Assembly (NCBI RefSeq): GCF_001194135.2
Contig: NC_068981.1
Span: 29,282,834-29,318,728, forward strand
Source: Octopus bimaculoides
Lineage: Eukaryota
DNA: 35,895 nt
Direction: 5' to 3'
Below the pieces are notes generated by a model. That model saw only the letters and a program-made list of their open reading frames with translations. It did not search any database and was not told where the DNA came from. Below are positions 11,425 through 24,369 of this stretch, piece after piece. Within the stretch, counting starts at the first letter, position 1. Each line of letters begins with the position of its first letter. A program made the position numbers and the translations under genes.

Positions 11425-11631
11425 ACTATTTTGGCACGGGACCAGCCAATTAGGGATGAAGTGCTCGTCGATTATATCAACTCCAGTGCTCAACTGGTAC
11501 AAATTTAATCGACCCCGAACGGATGAATGTTAAAGCCGACCTCATCGGAATTTCGACTAAGAACGTAACGACGGACGAAATGTCGCTAAGCATTTTGCCC
11601 GGCGCGCTAACGATTCGGCAAGCCACCGCCT
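11425..11631 (-). mobile_element. SINE family A
   Basis: aatcgaccccgaacggatgaa...gacggacgaaatgtcgctaagcattttgcccggcgcgctaacgattc. Confidence 0.9.
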
Positions 11632-13248
11632 CAGACTTTGATTATTATATTGACGCTTTCTTTCTTTTTTATGTTTCAATATACACATGTTTTTCTTTAT
11701 GTATATTGGGATTCTTTGCAAAGTTGTTCGAAATCTTGAAAGTGGTCGTATTTCTTCTCGTGTCTAGAAGCGAAATAAAAATATGCTTATAACATAATAC
11801 CTCATTATCCGGTTAGAGGAAAATGAACCCTTACTTACTTCCTATATCAATTCATAGTCGTTAGACTTGTAAATTATTAAGGAGCGAGCTTATATTTGAC
11901 TTTATAAGTAGATTATAAATACAAATTTAAACGAATGAACTCTAATTACATACTTCAATGTAAGCGTAAAACCAAGAGAATGAAGATATGAATGGATATA
12001 ACAGTACCTTACCTGTATTATGTAATTGAGGCTTCACTTAAGTGGCGTTATGTATTGGCATGTATTTCTGATAGAGATTATATGGCAAATTCTGGAATGT
12101 AGTACGAGCCAGTATTTCGCAAAACTCAATATATTCGGCTCGCTGGAATTAGAAATCATGCATCTCTCAAATCGACCCCAGCCGTCTTAAAATGCAAAAA
12201 AAAAAAAGATGTATTAGACTGCAGATGACCCTCAAAATCTGCGTTGAATCTGGTCACTGAGCAAGAGTTTGGCGAGGCTACTATAACACCAACACCAACA
12301 CTCACAACAATAAAATAAGTCTATCGCCATCACAAGAAACAACAGTTATTTTAAAGAGTCATTGTGAAAATAATAACTATCGATCAAAATATTTTTCGCC
12401 CGTCCTCCACCTCCTTTTTTTACTGATGTCGAGGTTGCTTTTATGTTTTATTATTCTTAGAAATGATATGTTTTTGTTGTTCAGCGTTAATTCATTAAAT
12501 TTTTATAAACTTAACTATTAAATTATCGTTAATTTGCATTTAACTAACCACTGAGTTTGCATCCCAATTCAATTGTTATTTTTTAATTATTTTATAATGC
12601 TTTTATGATCATCAAATATGTTTTATATGAATCATATTTCTTTTGGATATTGTTATCGTATTAACAGTTAATCAAACAATATTTTGTTTTTAAATTAAGG
12701 ATGAAAGGTTTACTATAATGTTTCTAATATTTAACTATTGATTTAACTGGGTTGCTTAATTAATATACTACTAAAATTATTTAAGTATTAGGCATTAACG
12801 CTGATATTTAAATCCAATAATATTCCGTGGTCTTCAAATTAATTTTCGATTACTCATTAGCAAAGTAATAATGTTAGGATATAAAAAAGCAGACTCATTT
12901 AGTTGTGATGTGGGAAATATTAATTTCCTATTAAATAAAACTATATTTAAATGTTTATTTAGTTGTTTATACAACAGCTACTCAGTTTTCTATTATTATC
13001 ACAAATAATAATAAAATCAAACTGTTGTATCGGCATGAAAGAAGAATGGATAGTGACTGACTGGTTCATGGTGATGGCTAAATTTGACCAGGAAAGTTTA
13101 CATCAGCTATGCCTGTTTTTTATCTAATTATTTATTCTTTTTAAATTTAATTTTACATTGATTAGGTGTGGAAAATATTAAGTCATTGCGATATATTTCA
13201 GTAACTGGATAAACAAAATTCAGCCTGAACAAGTCTCAACCAAAGTTG

Positions 13249-13480
13249 AGGTGACGAGTTAGCAGAATCGGTAGAGCGTTAGCTAGAATACCTTTCGATA
13301 TTTGTTCTGACTCTCTACACTCTACACTAAAATCCACTGAAGTTAAATTTATCTTTCATCTTTTCGGGGTTCATATTATATACGGAGCCATGCCGGTGGG
13401 TTAGCAGACAAGCAAGAGCGTTTGACTCCTTACTTAGTGGTATTTGTTCCGGCTTTTTGTATTCTGATTTTAAATACTGC
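13249..13480 (+). mobile_element. Two diverged SINE family A heads in tandem
   Basis: ggtgacgagttagcagaatcggtagagc... ending in cttttcggggt, then ggtgggttagcagac...cttagtggtatttg. Confidence 0.65.
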
Positions 13481-13811
13481 TATAGCAACGATGATGAAGG
13501 CCATGACCCGTCGTTCAGTTTAGCATCATCGCCGAGGAGTTTGGATGCATTTAGCGGAGCTTATTCTATTGCAAGTATTTGCTCTAAGTCTGTGGCGTAA
13601 GGATACTTTCCTCAATCAGTCTCGGAGGCCCTGTAAGAACTCATGAGCACAGACGTCTCTCCCGATTTAAAGCTGAAAAAGCAAAATCCTTGTCTCGTTC
13701 GATATATTAGTATATTAATGAGAAACATTTACAAAGAGAAATCATGTAATATGGTAACTGAGGCATACATTCCACCATCAAATATATCCATTAACAAAGG
13801 CATAATAAAAA

Positions 13812-14080
13812 TATGTGCGTGGCTTAGTGGTTAAGCGTGTTGCACTCACGATCGTAAGATCGTAGTTTCGATTCACAGACTGGCTGTAAATTTTGAGTTC
13901 TTGTGCAAACTACTTCATTTCACGTTACTCCATTCCGCTTAAATCGATAATCCTGCGGTGGACTAGCCTTCCGATTGGGTGGAATGTTAGCCTGCTCACC
14001 TAAGGTGATGCGAAGTGCATGGTGATCAGCGACGTATAATAACATTCAATAGTCTGGTCGATCGTGTGGTCACGTGAGTA
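13812..14080 (+). mobile_element. tRNA-SINE related to family C
   Basis: A-box tggcttagtggtt, B-box-like gtttcgattc, then gttcttgtgcaa...tttcacgttactcc as in family C. Confidence 0.7.
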
Positions 14081-14794
14081 GAAAAAGTTTACCGTTCAAG
14101 CGAGCTTCCTTAACAGTATTTCATAGTTGACTTCATCATTCACATGGAAGAGGTTACTGAAGTTCAGTCATTTTGAAGAATTGGTGCAAAATTGTAGATG
14201 TAAATATAGTTTCTTCACTTCATGGAAAATAAGTAGTTTAGCCGCTATTTCCAACAAGGAGGGCAACAGAGTTGAGGCATTGGTGCATTAATCCCTTAAT
14301 GTGGTCATACTCACGGCAGGACACGCACTAACAACCACAGCTGGTCCTTAATGTCCATAACATCGGCGTACTGGAGTCTATTCCTAAGTTATGCCTGTCC
14401 TCTATGTGCTGAACTTTAAAGAAAACATTATTAATCTGACAAGGATCGTAAATTGTGGAGTGTTCAATGGGAAGGAAAATTAATACTATGTTCGATGACT
14501 GAGCCATTAATTAGTACACACACACAGACATATGGGTGCGTGTGTACGTATATATATATATATATATATATANNNNNNNNNNNNNNNNNNNNNNNNNNNN
14601 NNNNNNNNNNNNNNNNNNNNNNNNNNNNNNNNNNNNNNNNNNNNNNNNNNNNNNNNNNNNNNNNNNNNNNNNNNNNNNNNNNNNNNNNNNNNNNNNNNNN
14701 NNNNNNNNNNNNNNNNNNNNNNNNNNNNNNNNNNNNNNNNNNNNNNNNNNNNNNNNNNNNNNNNNNNNNNNNNNNNNNNNGTGTGTGTGTGTGT

Positions 14795-14833
<39 letters not shown>

Positions 14834-14863
14834 GATAGATACATAGATACATAGATACATACA

Positions 14864-14895
<32 letters not shown>

Positions 14896-15099
14896 ACTTG
14901 AAGTAATCTAGTTATCAGTTCAAATTGCCTTTTCTGAGCTCATTCATCAGATCACTTTTTTATTCGACTCAAGTTTTTGAGGGGATAAGATTTTTATGGT
15001 AATAAGCCATTTACACCCTTCCACAGGAGTGAAAATCATTTTTAGCATCACAATAAACTTTCGAGAACTATTGCAAAAAAAAAAGAAAGAAGCCTATTT

Positions 15100-15305
15100 G
15101 TTTTAAATTTTGGCACAAGGCCAGTAAGTTCAGGGATGAGCCTGGTCGATGACATCAACTCTAGTATTCAAGTGGTACTTATTTTATCGCCCCCACCACA
15201 AAAACAAAGGATGAATGGCAAAGTTAACCACGGCGGAATTTGAACTCACAACCGAAAGTTGAACTTTCGTCCAGTGTGCTAATGGTTCTGGCGGCTCGCT
15301 GCCGT
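15100..15305 (-). mobile_element. SINE family A
   Basis: ttttggcacaaggccag...ggatgaatggcaaagttaaccacggcggaatttgaactcac...ggctcgctgcc. Confidence 0.85.
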
Positions 15306-15604
15306 GAGAATAATAAATGCAGACAAAAAAATGAAGTTATTCTCAATTTTCATTTCTATTATTAATTTATTTTTACACAGATATGTTTTTTTAAAAACCC
15401 ATAACTTTTTCCTATCCTATAAGAGCTTCGACGGTAGGGGGAAATAACATACGTGGAAAATCGATACTAATAAAAAAAGAAGTGGTCTGATGAATGCCAC
15501 GAAAGGAAACTCGAAGTAACCAACCAGTATGCGGAATCTGCAGTTTGTAATAATTCAAACATACACGCACGCATGAATGCATACAGGCGCCACATACACA
15601 CACA

Positions 15605-15655
<51 letters not shown>

Positions 15656-16463
15656 GCTCACATGCGTGTGTAAATTACAATGGGTTGCTACAACCACTCA
15701 TAATTGTTGTTCGTGTTGTTGGCAATGGTAATGATGGTCATTATGTTGATATTATGAATGACGCTTGCCNNNNNNNNNNNNNNNNNNNNNNNNNNNNNNN
15801 NNNNNNNNNNNNNNNNNNNNNNNNNNNNNNNNNNNNNNNNNNNNNNNNNNNNNNNNNNNNNNNNNNNNNNNNNNNNNNNNNNNNNNNNNNNNNNNNNNNN
15901 NNNNNNNNNNNNNNNNNNNNNNNNNNNNNNNNNNNNNNNNNNNNNNNNNNNNNNNNNNNNNNNNNNNNNNNNNNNNNNNNNNNNNNNNNNNNNNNNNNNN
16001 NNNNNNNNNNNNNNNNNNNNNNNNNNNNNNNNNNNNNNNNNNNNNNNNNNNNNNNNNNNNNNNNNNNNNNNNNNNNNNNNNNNNNNNNNNNNNNNNNNNN
16101 NNNNNNTATATATATATATATGAATGCTTAGTTTATGCAGAGGCCTTGACCTTAATCGGTCGCTGTTAAAGCTAGCGTAACAACAAGCATTTATATCATA
16201 GCTTACTAGGTGTCTTTATTCGTTAAAATTCTCCCTTTCATTCATTTCGGGTTGCTTTATTTTATTTTTTACTTTATATAAGATTAATATGCAAATTCTA
16301 TTAGCAACGAATAGTACTGACGTGGAACATTCGAGGAAAATCACCTCTTAAATATGCAACAAACAGGTTCTTTCTTTTATGAAACAACATTAAAATGTTT
16401 GATTATATATGTACATACATACAGTTGTGTGGGTGGGTGTGAGTATGCCTGTACGTATGTAAG

Positions 16464-16546
<83 letters not shown>
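16464..16546. repeat. (GATA)n microsatellite
   Basis: Direct reading. Confidence 0.95.
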
Positions 16547-16781
16547 TCCGGTATTCCTTGTATCAACGAGAAACTCAAGACTATTGCTCAACCAGCTAGA
16601 AATTGTAGCTATGTAATCCTTAAATGATACTCTGAGATTCTTTAACTATTAAGCTCAATAGCGAACCTCACTCAATCACTTAGCGTGTTGGATTTGTTGT
16701 ACAAAACTGATTTGGGTTTAGACCTAATAATAAAATGAAATCCTACAAAACTCCGTATAATATCATTAATTTATACTTCTA

Positions 16782-16914
16782 TTCCGCTGAGTTCAACTTT
16801 GCCTTTCATCCTTTCGGGGACGATAAATTAAGTACCGGTTACGCACTGGGGTCGATGTAATCGACTAATCCCATCTCCTCAAATTGCATGCCTTGTGCCT
16901 TCAGTAGAAAGGAT
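16782..16914 (+). mobile_element. SINE family A (5'-truncated)
   Basis: ctttgcctttcatcctttcggggacgataaattaagtacc...ggggtcgatgtaatcgact...agtagaaagg. Confidence 0.9.
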
Positions 16915-17085
16915 TAATTTGTACTTCTTTCAATATGTTCAGGGCTAATGAGAACTTTAGAGAATTCAAACAGTGAACAGTGACACACTTCAGATGCTTC
17001 ACTGTCGTAGGAGCTACGTTGAACTCCTACATCAAGCGACTTTATATTTCATTCTAACGTATACACACGCACACCTTCACACACA

Positions 17086-17125
<40 letters not shown>

Positions 17126-17401
17126 TGTGCTTGCATGCACATGTGTGTGCATATACTATTTATTAATGTTGTCTCTGTTGCTGATGTTGATTAGTCCAAG
17201 TCATCGCTAGTTCAACAGACCAGTGAACAAAAGCATTTCAATTATGACAATCCACCCTTTTTCTAATAATTTTGGCGTTGTCAAGATTATCCAATAAATC
17301 TAACGTTTTTAAGACACATGAGAGATAGGTGAACGTCATCCAGCTGTTATTTCGACCAATTTCATGACTGCAAAGTGACTCTGCCATTGGCTAAAATATA
17401 C

Positions 17402-17614
17402 AATCCTTTCTTATTTTGGCACAACGCTAGTAATTTTGAGGGACGGGTAAATCGATCACATCGACCCAAGTACCCAAGTACTACTTATTTTATCGACCCT
17501 GAAATGATAATGAGCAAAACTGACTTCGACGGAATCTGGACTTGAAAGTAAAAACGGACGAAATGCTGCTAAGTATATAGATCGGCATGCTAACAATTCT
17601 GCCAGCTTGACGTT
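17402..17614 (-). mobile_element. SINE family A
   Basis: ttttatcgaccctgaaatgat...acggacgaaatgctgctaag...gctaacaattctgccagctt. Confidence 0.88.
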
Positions 17615-17925
17615 TTCAATGGTTAAAATGTATAATAGACCAAGCTATAGTTTTGTATCAATGTATGCAAAATATATATTGACATTTTATGATGTTGAAT
17701 AAAAGATTGAAATATTTCCCTGGTGGGAGGGGTTTGTCCCGAAACTGTAAAATCTGGTGACATGAGACTAGGACCATACTAGTTTGTGCGAAAAGATGTT
17801 TTTGTTTATATCAACTCTTCTACCTGACTATTTATCTTGTTGAAGCCTAAAAAATAATGTAAGACAATGTCGATCACCAGTGGATTGGAACTCAGAAGCT
17901 TTTGCCATTCAGTCGAATTAAATAA

Positions 17926-18270
17926 CAATTTAGACACAAGGCTAGATTTTTTGAGGGTAGGGTCTAGTCGATGCCAACGAAACCAGTACTAGATGGTACT
18001 TTATTTTTAAAGTCAAAAAGAATGAAAGGCGATGTTGACTTCGACACGATTGGAACTCAGAACGTAAAGACGTAAAGACGAAATAAAAGCTAATGATAAT
18101 TGTTTCAACTTTTGGTACATGCCAGAAATTTCTGGTGAGGGAGTTAGGCGATTGCATCGATCCTTTATTTTATCGATCCAAAAAGACTGAAAATCAAAGT
18201 TAATCACGGTTGTATTTGAACTCACAATGCAAAGAGTCGGAAACGAGTATTACAAAGAGCCCGAATTAAG
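17926..18270 (-). mobile_element. Two tandem SINE family A copies
   Basis: Copies at about 17926-18085 and about 18108-18250. The second is flanked by an exact 15-bp repeat, atgataattgtttca (18093-18107, 18271-18285). Confidence 0.8.
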
Positions 18271-18410
18271 ATGATAATTGTTTCAGGTTTTACTAAAAAC
18301 ATTTTTGATTTCAATAAAACTGTAAACAATTTTATTTTCAAACTGAAGTGATGTGGCCCCCCTTGCAAATGTCCATAAGACACTTTGTATTCATTATTAT
18401 TATTATTAAA

Positions 18411-18826
18411 GGCGTAGGTGTGGCTGTGTGGTAAGTAGTTTGCTTACGAACCACATGGTTCGGGTTCAGTCCCATTGCGTGGCACTTTGGGCAAGTGTCT
18501 TCTACTGTAGCCTCGGGCCGACCAAAGCTTTGTGAGTGGATTTGGTAGACGGAAACTGAAAGAAGCCCGTCGTATATATATGTATATATATGTGTGTATG
18601 TATGTTTGTGTGTCTGAGTTTATCCCCCCCCCCCAACATCGCTTGACAACCGATGCTGGTGTGTTTGCGTCCCCGTAACTTAGCGGTCCGGCAAAAGTTA
18701 GAATAGTGGTTCGATAGACTAAGTACTAGGCTTACAAAGGATAAGTCCTGGGTTCGATTTGTTCGACTAAAGTCGGTGCTCCTGCATGGCCACAGTCAAA
18801 TGACTGAAACAAGTGAAAGAGTAAAA
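18411..18826 (+). mobile_element. tRNA-derived SINE family B (apparently full length)
   Basis: A-box tggctgtgtgg, B-box ggttcagtccc, then ctttgggcaagtgtcttctac, an internal (TA)/(TG) stretch and an A-rich 3' end. Confidence 0.88.
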
Positions 18827-18849
18827 CAGTATTATTAATAATAATAATA

Positions 18850-19235
18850 TTTGTTTCCGATTTTGGTACAGTTTTAAGGGGAGTGAATTAGACGATTACA
18901 TTGACCACATTGAGTTGATTTTATTTTTACGGTCTCGGGAGGATGAAAGACAAAGTAAAAATCGACCACGGTGAGATTTGAACCCCAAATGCGAAGAACC
19001 GGAGCAAACATCGTAATGTATTTTCCTCAACGCTCTTCTACAATTCTGCTAATCACGTTTTGAGCGAAGGCAAACGAAACAATCACGTATAATACCCCAA
19101 TATTTGACTGGTATATATTTTATCGCTCCGATAACGATGAAAGGCAAGGTCGATTCTAGTTCAGTATATAAAGCGATGTAACTAAATGCTGCAAAGGATT
19201 TAATCCGTCGTTCTAACGTTTCCGCTAGTCACCCC
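18850..19235 (-). mobile_element. Two diverged tandem SINE family A copies
   Basis: ggatgaaagacaaagt...cgaccacggtgagatttgaacc and ttttatcgctcc...gatgaaaggcaaggtcga...ttctaacgtttccgctag. Confidence 0.7.
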
Positions 19236-20128
19236 CCCCCCACCTTCAGAGTAATTATAATAAAAATAATATAAATAACAGTTATATTGACTAAGTGCAA
19301 AGTCTATTTGTTCTAGAGTATCAGTTGCAATGGATTACAGCCATTTCAGATATATTCATGATTCTTATATTATCGACCCTGCTCTGATGAAAAGAAAATG
19401 CTGATCTCAGCATGAACTGAACTCAGAAACATCGAGGCAATAGACTACTTAGTGCGCATGCTTTCCCTCCACCCTCACTCCACCACTCTCTCTCCCTCTT
19501 TCGTTCTCTTTATTTTTATTTATTTATTTCTATCTTTTTTCTGTATCGTTCGCTCTTGTCTCGGCCATCAGATACATATAAAGAAGGCTCATCAAACTGA
19601 AAACATCGACAAGCCCTTATAAAACTAGCAGCTGTGTGACAGAGAAATGATAAGAATCTCGATTTCATTCTACAGAAAGCTAATCTCCCCCATTCATACG
19701 CAGTTTTCGCTTGTGTGATCACATATATAGATAGTCTCTAGATATCATGTAACGTGAAATGGTCAGATTCGCTTCCAAATACATACATCATACGGACACA
19801 TACATACATATATAAATACATACATAATTATGTAAAAAGCGAGCTTACACAGACTTATACACTGATACGTTAGTATTCATACAAATACACACACAAATTC
19901 GTTTATACAAACGCATCCATTATTTTCTGTTTGCTATTTTTCTCAAGTATACACGTTTTCTCCGTTGTTTTCTTTTACATTCATTCATTCATTCTTTCTT
20001 TCTTTATGTCATATGTCATTCATTCTCCCTCTGCTTGCTTGCTCTCTCTCTCTCTCTCCCCGTGTGTGTGTGCGCATATATGTATATATGTGTATATATA
20101 AATATATATATANNNNNNNNNNAGATAC

Positions 20129-20203
<75 letters not shown>

Positions 20204-20521
20204 TGCATGTATGTATACATACATTCGCATGCATATATGTGTGTATGTATACTGATCAAGTGAACCTATAAGAGACGCTCCATTTAAGACTATCTCTCTT
20301 TTTTGTATGTATAGAACTACATATGGAATTTTCTGAGGTCTCAAGGCAACCCTGCGGCCGGTTATAGTCTTGTAGGATGCGAAAACGATAAGCTACATCG
20401 AGCTTACAGACCCGTGGGAGGTAGGGTACGACCAAGCCTTAGAATAAAGAAAATGAAATCCCAGAAAATCCTGCCGGATTGCAATAAGAATGGATGGAAA
20501 CCTGTCGACTTTGGCAGTGGG

Positions 20522-20626
20522 GGATAGCCTGCCCATTTGGTAGGAGAGGATAGCCAACCCATTTGATAGGAGAGGATAGCCTGCTCATTTGGTAGGAGAG
20601 GATTGCCTGTTCATTTGGTAGGGAGA
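20522..20626. repeat. Minisatellite, 4 x 26 bp (GGATAGCCTGCCCATTTGGTAGGAGA)
   Basis: Units start at 20522, 20548, 20574 and 20600, each with 2-4 differences and no spacers. Confidence 0.9.
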
Positions 20627-20918
20627 AAGCGTACAACCACTAGAAGAAAAAAGAGAGAAACGAAGCTGCACACAGAATGGATGAGACATCAGAGAGAACC
20701 TCTTGCTGGTTATGAAACATGATAGAGTAGTTACGCTTAGAGACTAGAAGAGAAGACATGCAATGACACGGCTACCATTGCCGTCGGCCCAAAAGGTGGG
20801 TTTTACGGTTGAGATTTGAACTACTTCGATGCCGTTGTTGCATCATCTCTACTCTTGGTCAAAACTACATTCGCCAAACGCAATCATTCTGGCTCTGATA
20901 TATCACAGTATGTGTGTT

Positions 20919-20950
<32 letters not shown>

Positions 20951-21556
20951 NNNNNNNNNNNNNNNNNNNNNNNNNNNNNNNNNNNNNNNNNNNNNNNNNN
21001 NNNNNNNNNNNNNNNNNNNNNNNNNNNNNNNNNNNNNNNNNNNNNNNNNNNNNNNNNNNNNNNNNNNNNNNNNNNNNNNNNNNNNNNNNNNNNNNNNNNN
21101 NNNNNNNNNNNNNNNNNNNNNNNNNNNNNNNNNNNNNNNNNNNNNNNNNNNNNNNNNNNNNNNNNNNNNNNNNNNNNNNNNNNNNNNNNNNNNNNNNNNN
21201 NNNNNNNNNNNNNNNNNNNNNNNNNNNNNNNNNNNGAGAGATATGTCTCTGTGTGTATGTGTATACCTATATATTTATATATATATCTGTGTATGTGTTT
21301 ATATGGTGTGCGCGTGTGCGTGTGCGTGTGCGTGCGCGCACATATAGGTATGTATATTTGCATATCTATATGTAATGTATATGTACGTTTTATTATGTCA
21401 AACAAAAGAGGAAGGAGTGCTCAATACATGTAGTGTGTGTTTTCTTTCTGCAACAACATTCTTTTAATTACAGTATGACAAATTTCACACGTATATACTT
21501 TTTGAAGTCATCCATGTCAACATTGTATAGTTTCTTTCATTTGTTTTCTTTTGTAG

Positions 21557-21630
21557 GGCATTGAAGAGCTCTATGCTTTTGAACCTTAAACTATTACAGT
21601 ATCTTGCTCTGACTTTACATGGGTTTGACG
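21557..21630 (+). CDS. Candidate 74-nt exon (ALKSSMLLNLKLLQYLALTLHGFD)
   Basis: Acceptor tttctttcatttgttttcttttgtag|G and donor G|gtaaat, with only one open frame. No homology recognised. Confidence 0.2.
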
Positions 21631-21689
21631 GTAAATTTGGTACAATGCAATGGCGTCCACTTCGTACATTTGTATAACACTCGATGCCG

Positions 21690-22675
21690 AAAGTGGGTAC
21701 TAGCCTTTCTAGTATTTTTCATATGTGGATTAATACATTCCTGTCACATCTTCGCTGCAGGGAGTAAAATCGTGGTATTTTTTCGGCCTCATCTGCTGCT
21801 CTGTTACTGTCGTTTTTGTGTAGTAACTGCTACAAGCTCGTTGTTAGTTTAGCGGTATGTGGTGACCATAGCTGAGAGCAGTAGTCCAGAGAGCTGAGAA
21901 CAAATTTCCTCCACAGAATCAATACTACATCTTAGTATCTATCCTGTCGGTTGTTTGCATGTTGCTGGTAATGTGCATATGAAATGATACTTCATTACAG
22001 ATACTGATCCTCTAGTTTCTCACTGTCTGTGATTTGGGATAGCAGTGATTTCAGATCTTGTATATATATGAAGGCTGCAGTTCATTTGCGAGCTGATGGC
22101 GCAGTGATTGAAATTTTCCAGCATTAAACTACATGCTGTTTTCTTCAGCCAGCTTGTATATTGCATTTAGGTCCAGCTGTAAGCTTGTGACATTGTCTGG
22201 GTTCTTTATTGCATGTGATAATTTTGTTTTATCGGCGTACCTAGTGAAAGTGGCTATCTGAGTGACCATTGATATGTTTAAAAGCGCGATTATAAACACT
22301 AAAGGGCCCAAGACAGTTCCCTGGGGGTCGCTACTCAGAATTTATGTTTCCGCAGATAGAGCACGCACCGGTGGTTGCAACTATCTGACTTTTATCTTTT
22401 AGAAAGTTATCTAGTTACTCACTCAGTTTACCAGCTCTGCTAAAATTTCGGAGCCTGTCATACATGCCATGATCCACCTTATTAGAGAACTTTGCAAAGT
22501 CAAGACATGTCACTTTGGCATCTGAATAGTCAAGCAACTGCTCCAAAACCCACCCAGTCACAGTGTGATGAAAGCTGTATGTGGCCGGAAACCATGCAAT
22601 ATATCTTTCAATTTGTCATTTCTTTCTAGGAACATTATCAGTTTCTTTCTGATGATTCGTTCCATGAATTTATTG
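21690..22675 (-). mobile_element. Degenerate CR1-like LINE, reverse transcriptase region
   Basis: Minus-strand translation gives KFMERIIRKKLIMFLE..., HGFRP, LDFAKF..KVDHG, GPLVFIIAL and YADKTK(=YADDTK)...LQLDLNAIYKLAEENSM, with stops and frameshifts. Confidence 0.88.
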
Positions 22676-23155
22676 CATATATATGCATATATATATATAT
22701 ATATATATNNNNNNNNNNNNNNNNNNNNNNNNNNNNNNNNNNNNNNNNNNNNNNNNNNNNNNNNNNNNNNNNNNNNNNNNNNNNNNNNNNNNNNNNNNNN
22801 NNNNNNNNNNNNNNNNNNNNNNNNNNNNNNNNNNNNNNNNNNNNNNNNNNNNNNNNNNNNNNNNNNNNNNNNNNNNNNNNNNNNNNNNNNNNNNNNNNNN
22901 NNNNNNNNNNNNNNNNNNNNNNNNNNNNNNNNNNNNNNNNNNNNNNNNNNNNNNNNNNNNNNNNNNNNNNNNNNNNNNNNNNNNNNNNNNNNNNNNNNNN
23001 NNNNNNNNNNNNNNNNNNNNNNNNNNNNNNNNNNNNNNNNNNNNNNNNNNNNNNNNNNNNNNNNNNNNNNNNNNNNNNNNNNNNNNNNNNNNNNNNNNNN
23101 NNNNNNNNNNNNNNNNNNNNNNNNNNNNNNNNNNNNNNNNNNNNNNNNNNNNNNN

Positions 23156-23216
<61 letters not shown>

Positions 23217-23805
23217 CATATGTATATGCTTACTTTCAGATCTCAGATTTTTCGCGCTTTCTTTTCCCACTCTTCTAATACTTTCTCTCTTATTGCTATT
23301 TCTTATGAATAAAATCAAATAAACATTGTAGGGAATCGAAATGAAGACGCTGTATTCACAAAATTTCGGCTTCGATAAATAAAGCACAAGTTTTGTACTT
23401 GATCAACTGAATTCAGTTCATCGAGTAAAAGAATAATTACCTTAAAAAATGCATATATGCATGTATATATGTATGATTGTATGTATACATACATACATAT
23501 GTGCATACATACATTCATACATACATATATACATATATACACACAGACAGATATACAGACACACATACACGCATACATATATTTACAACGGCTAACAGAA
23601 AAGATGCATTTAGGGTTACCGTCTTTTGTTGAAGCTTAGAGACATGCCGACAAATTCTATCTCACAAAACAGCAATTAGTTGCTGTTAGCACTGATAATA
23701 ATGGCCCAAATTATCTGGAGTTGTGACATAAAAAAAAAAAATTACAACGCCTATCAATTTTATATTGAATATCTGTCCAACTAGTTTCCTTCTTAAGCCT
23801 TACAC

Positions 23806-24075
23806 TTTATCCAAAGTGGTTTCCATTGATGGAAACTTTCATTTTGGGGGATAGTGAGAAGCTGTCTCGATGAATACATTTTAAATGAGACTTGATTTTT
23901 AGAAAGAGGGAAATGTCGCAAGAGGTGAGGTCAGGAGAACACGGTGGTTATCGAACCTGGGGAGTGTTGTTCTTGGTCAAAACCCCTGCACAAGCTGGGG
24001 TGCATGGGTAAGTGTCTTGTTACGATGGAGTTGCCACTCCACCGGAAGCTTCCAATTCTGTTCGTCGAACACAAT
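23806..24075 (-). mobile_element. mariner (DD34D-type) transposase relic
   Basis: Minus frame LTKNNTPQVR*PPCSPDLTSCDISLFLKIKSHL matches the YSPDLAPCDFxLFxxLK motif. A second FSLSPKMK...GNHF fragment follows. Confidence 0.8.
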
Positions 24076-24369
24076 CTTCATATTTTATTTCCAAGCATTG
24101 CTATAAACAATAGAAGTGATTGAGAACTTTATAACTTAGTGTGCATGCGTGACAGAAACCAAGGTCAATATGTACCAAGCAACTTCACTTTGCTCCATTC
24201 ACTCTAGCTCCATTACAATTGCTATAGTTCCGATTTTCTTGTTATCAGACCCAGTATGTATAAATAATCACAATACAATAGCACGGAAAGCATCCTTACA
24301 AGTTCAAAATAACCTCAAATGTTACATAAATGGCAACATTTTATATGTAATGTAAGTTATTCGACACTA

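Noticed and set aside
13812-13890. tRNA-like heads (also 18411, 30617, 1239)
   Set aside because: A/B boxes are present but there is no closed cloverleaf or acceptor stem; they continue into multi-copy SINE bodies.
12014-14410. Minus-strand exon-like segments (about 12014-12187 and about 14317-14410) with good donors
   Set aside because: Stops in all three frames; such donor hexamers occur by chance. A non-coding antisense transcript cannot be excluded.
14915-14955. Minus-strand CTGATGA-A-TGAGCTCA-GAAA
   Set aside because: No stem I and no valid NUH/stem III.
17718-17756. Hammerhead-like CTGGTGG..GGGG-TTTG-TCCC-GAAAC-T-GTA
   Set aside because: Two core A-to-G changes and no proper stem I; could be a very old relic but cannot be supported.
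19400-19450. CTGATGA...GAAACATC with a 7-bp hairpin
   Set aside because: Lies in a decayed family A SINE body; wrong spacing and no stem I.
20522-20626. Possible CRISPR array
   Set aside because: Units are contiguous with no unique spacers, there are no cas genes, and the context is eukaryotic.
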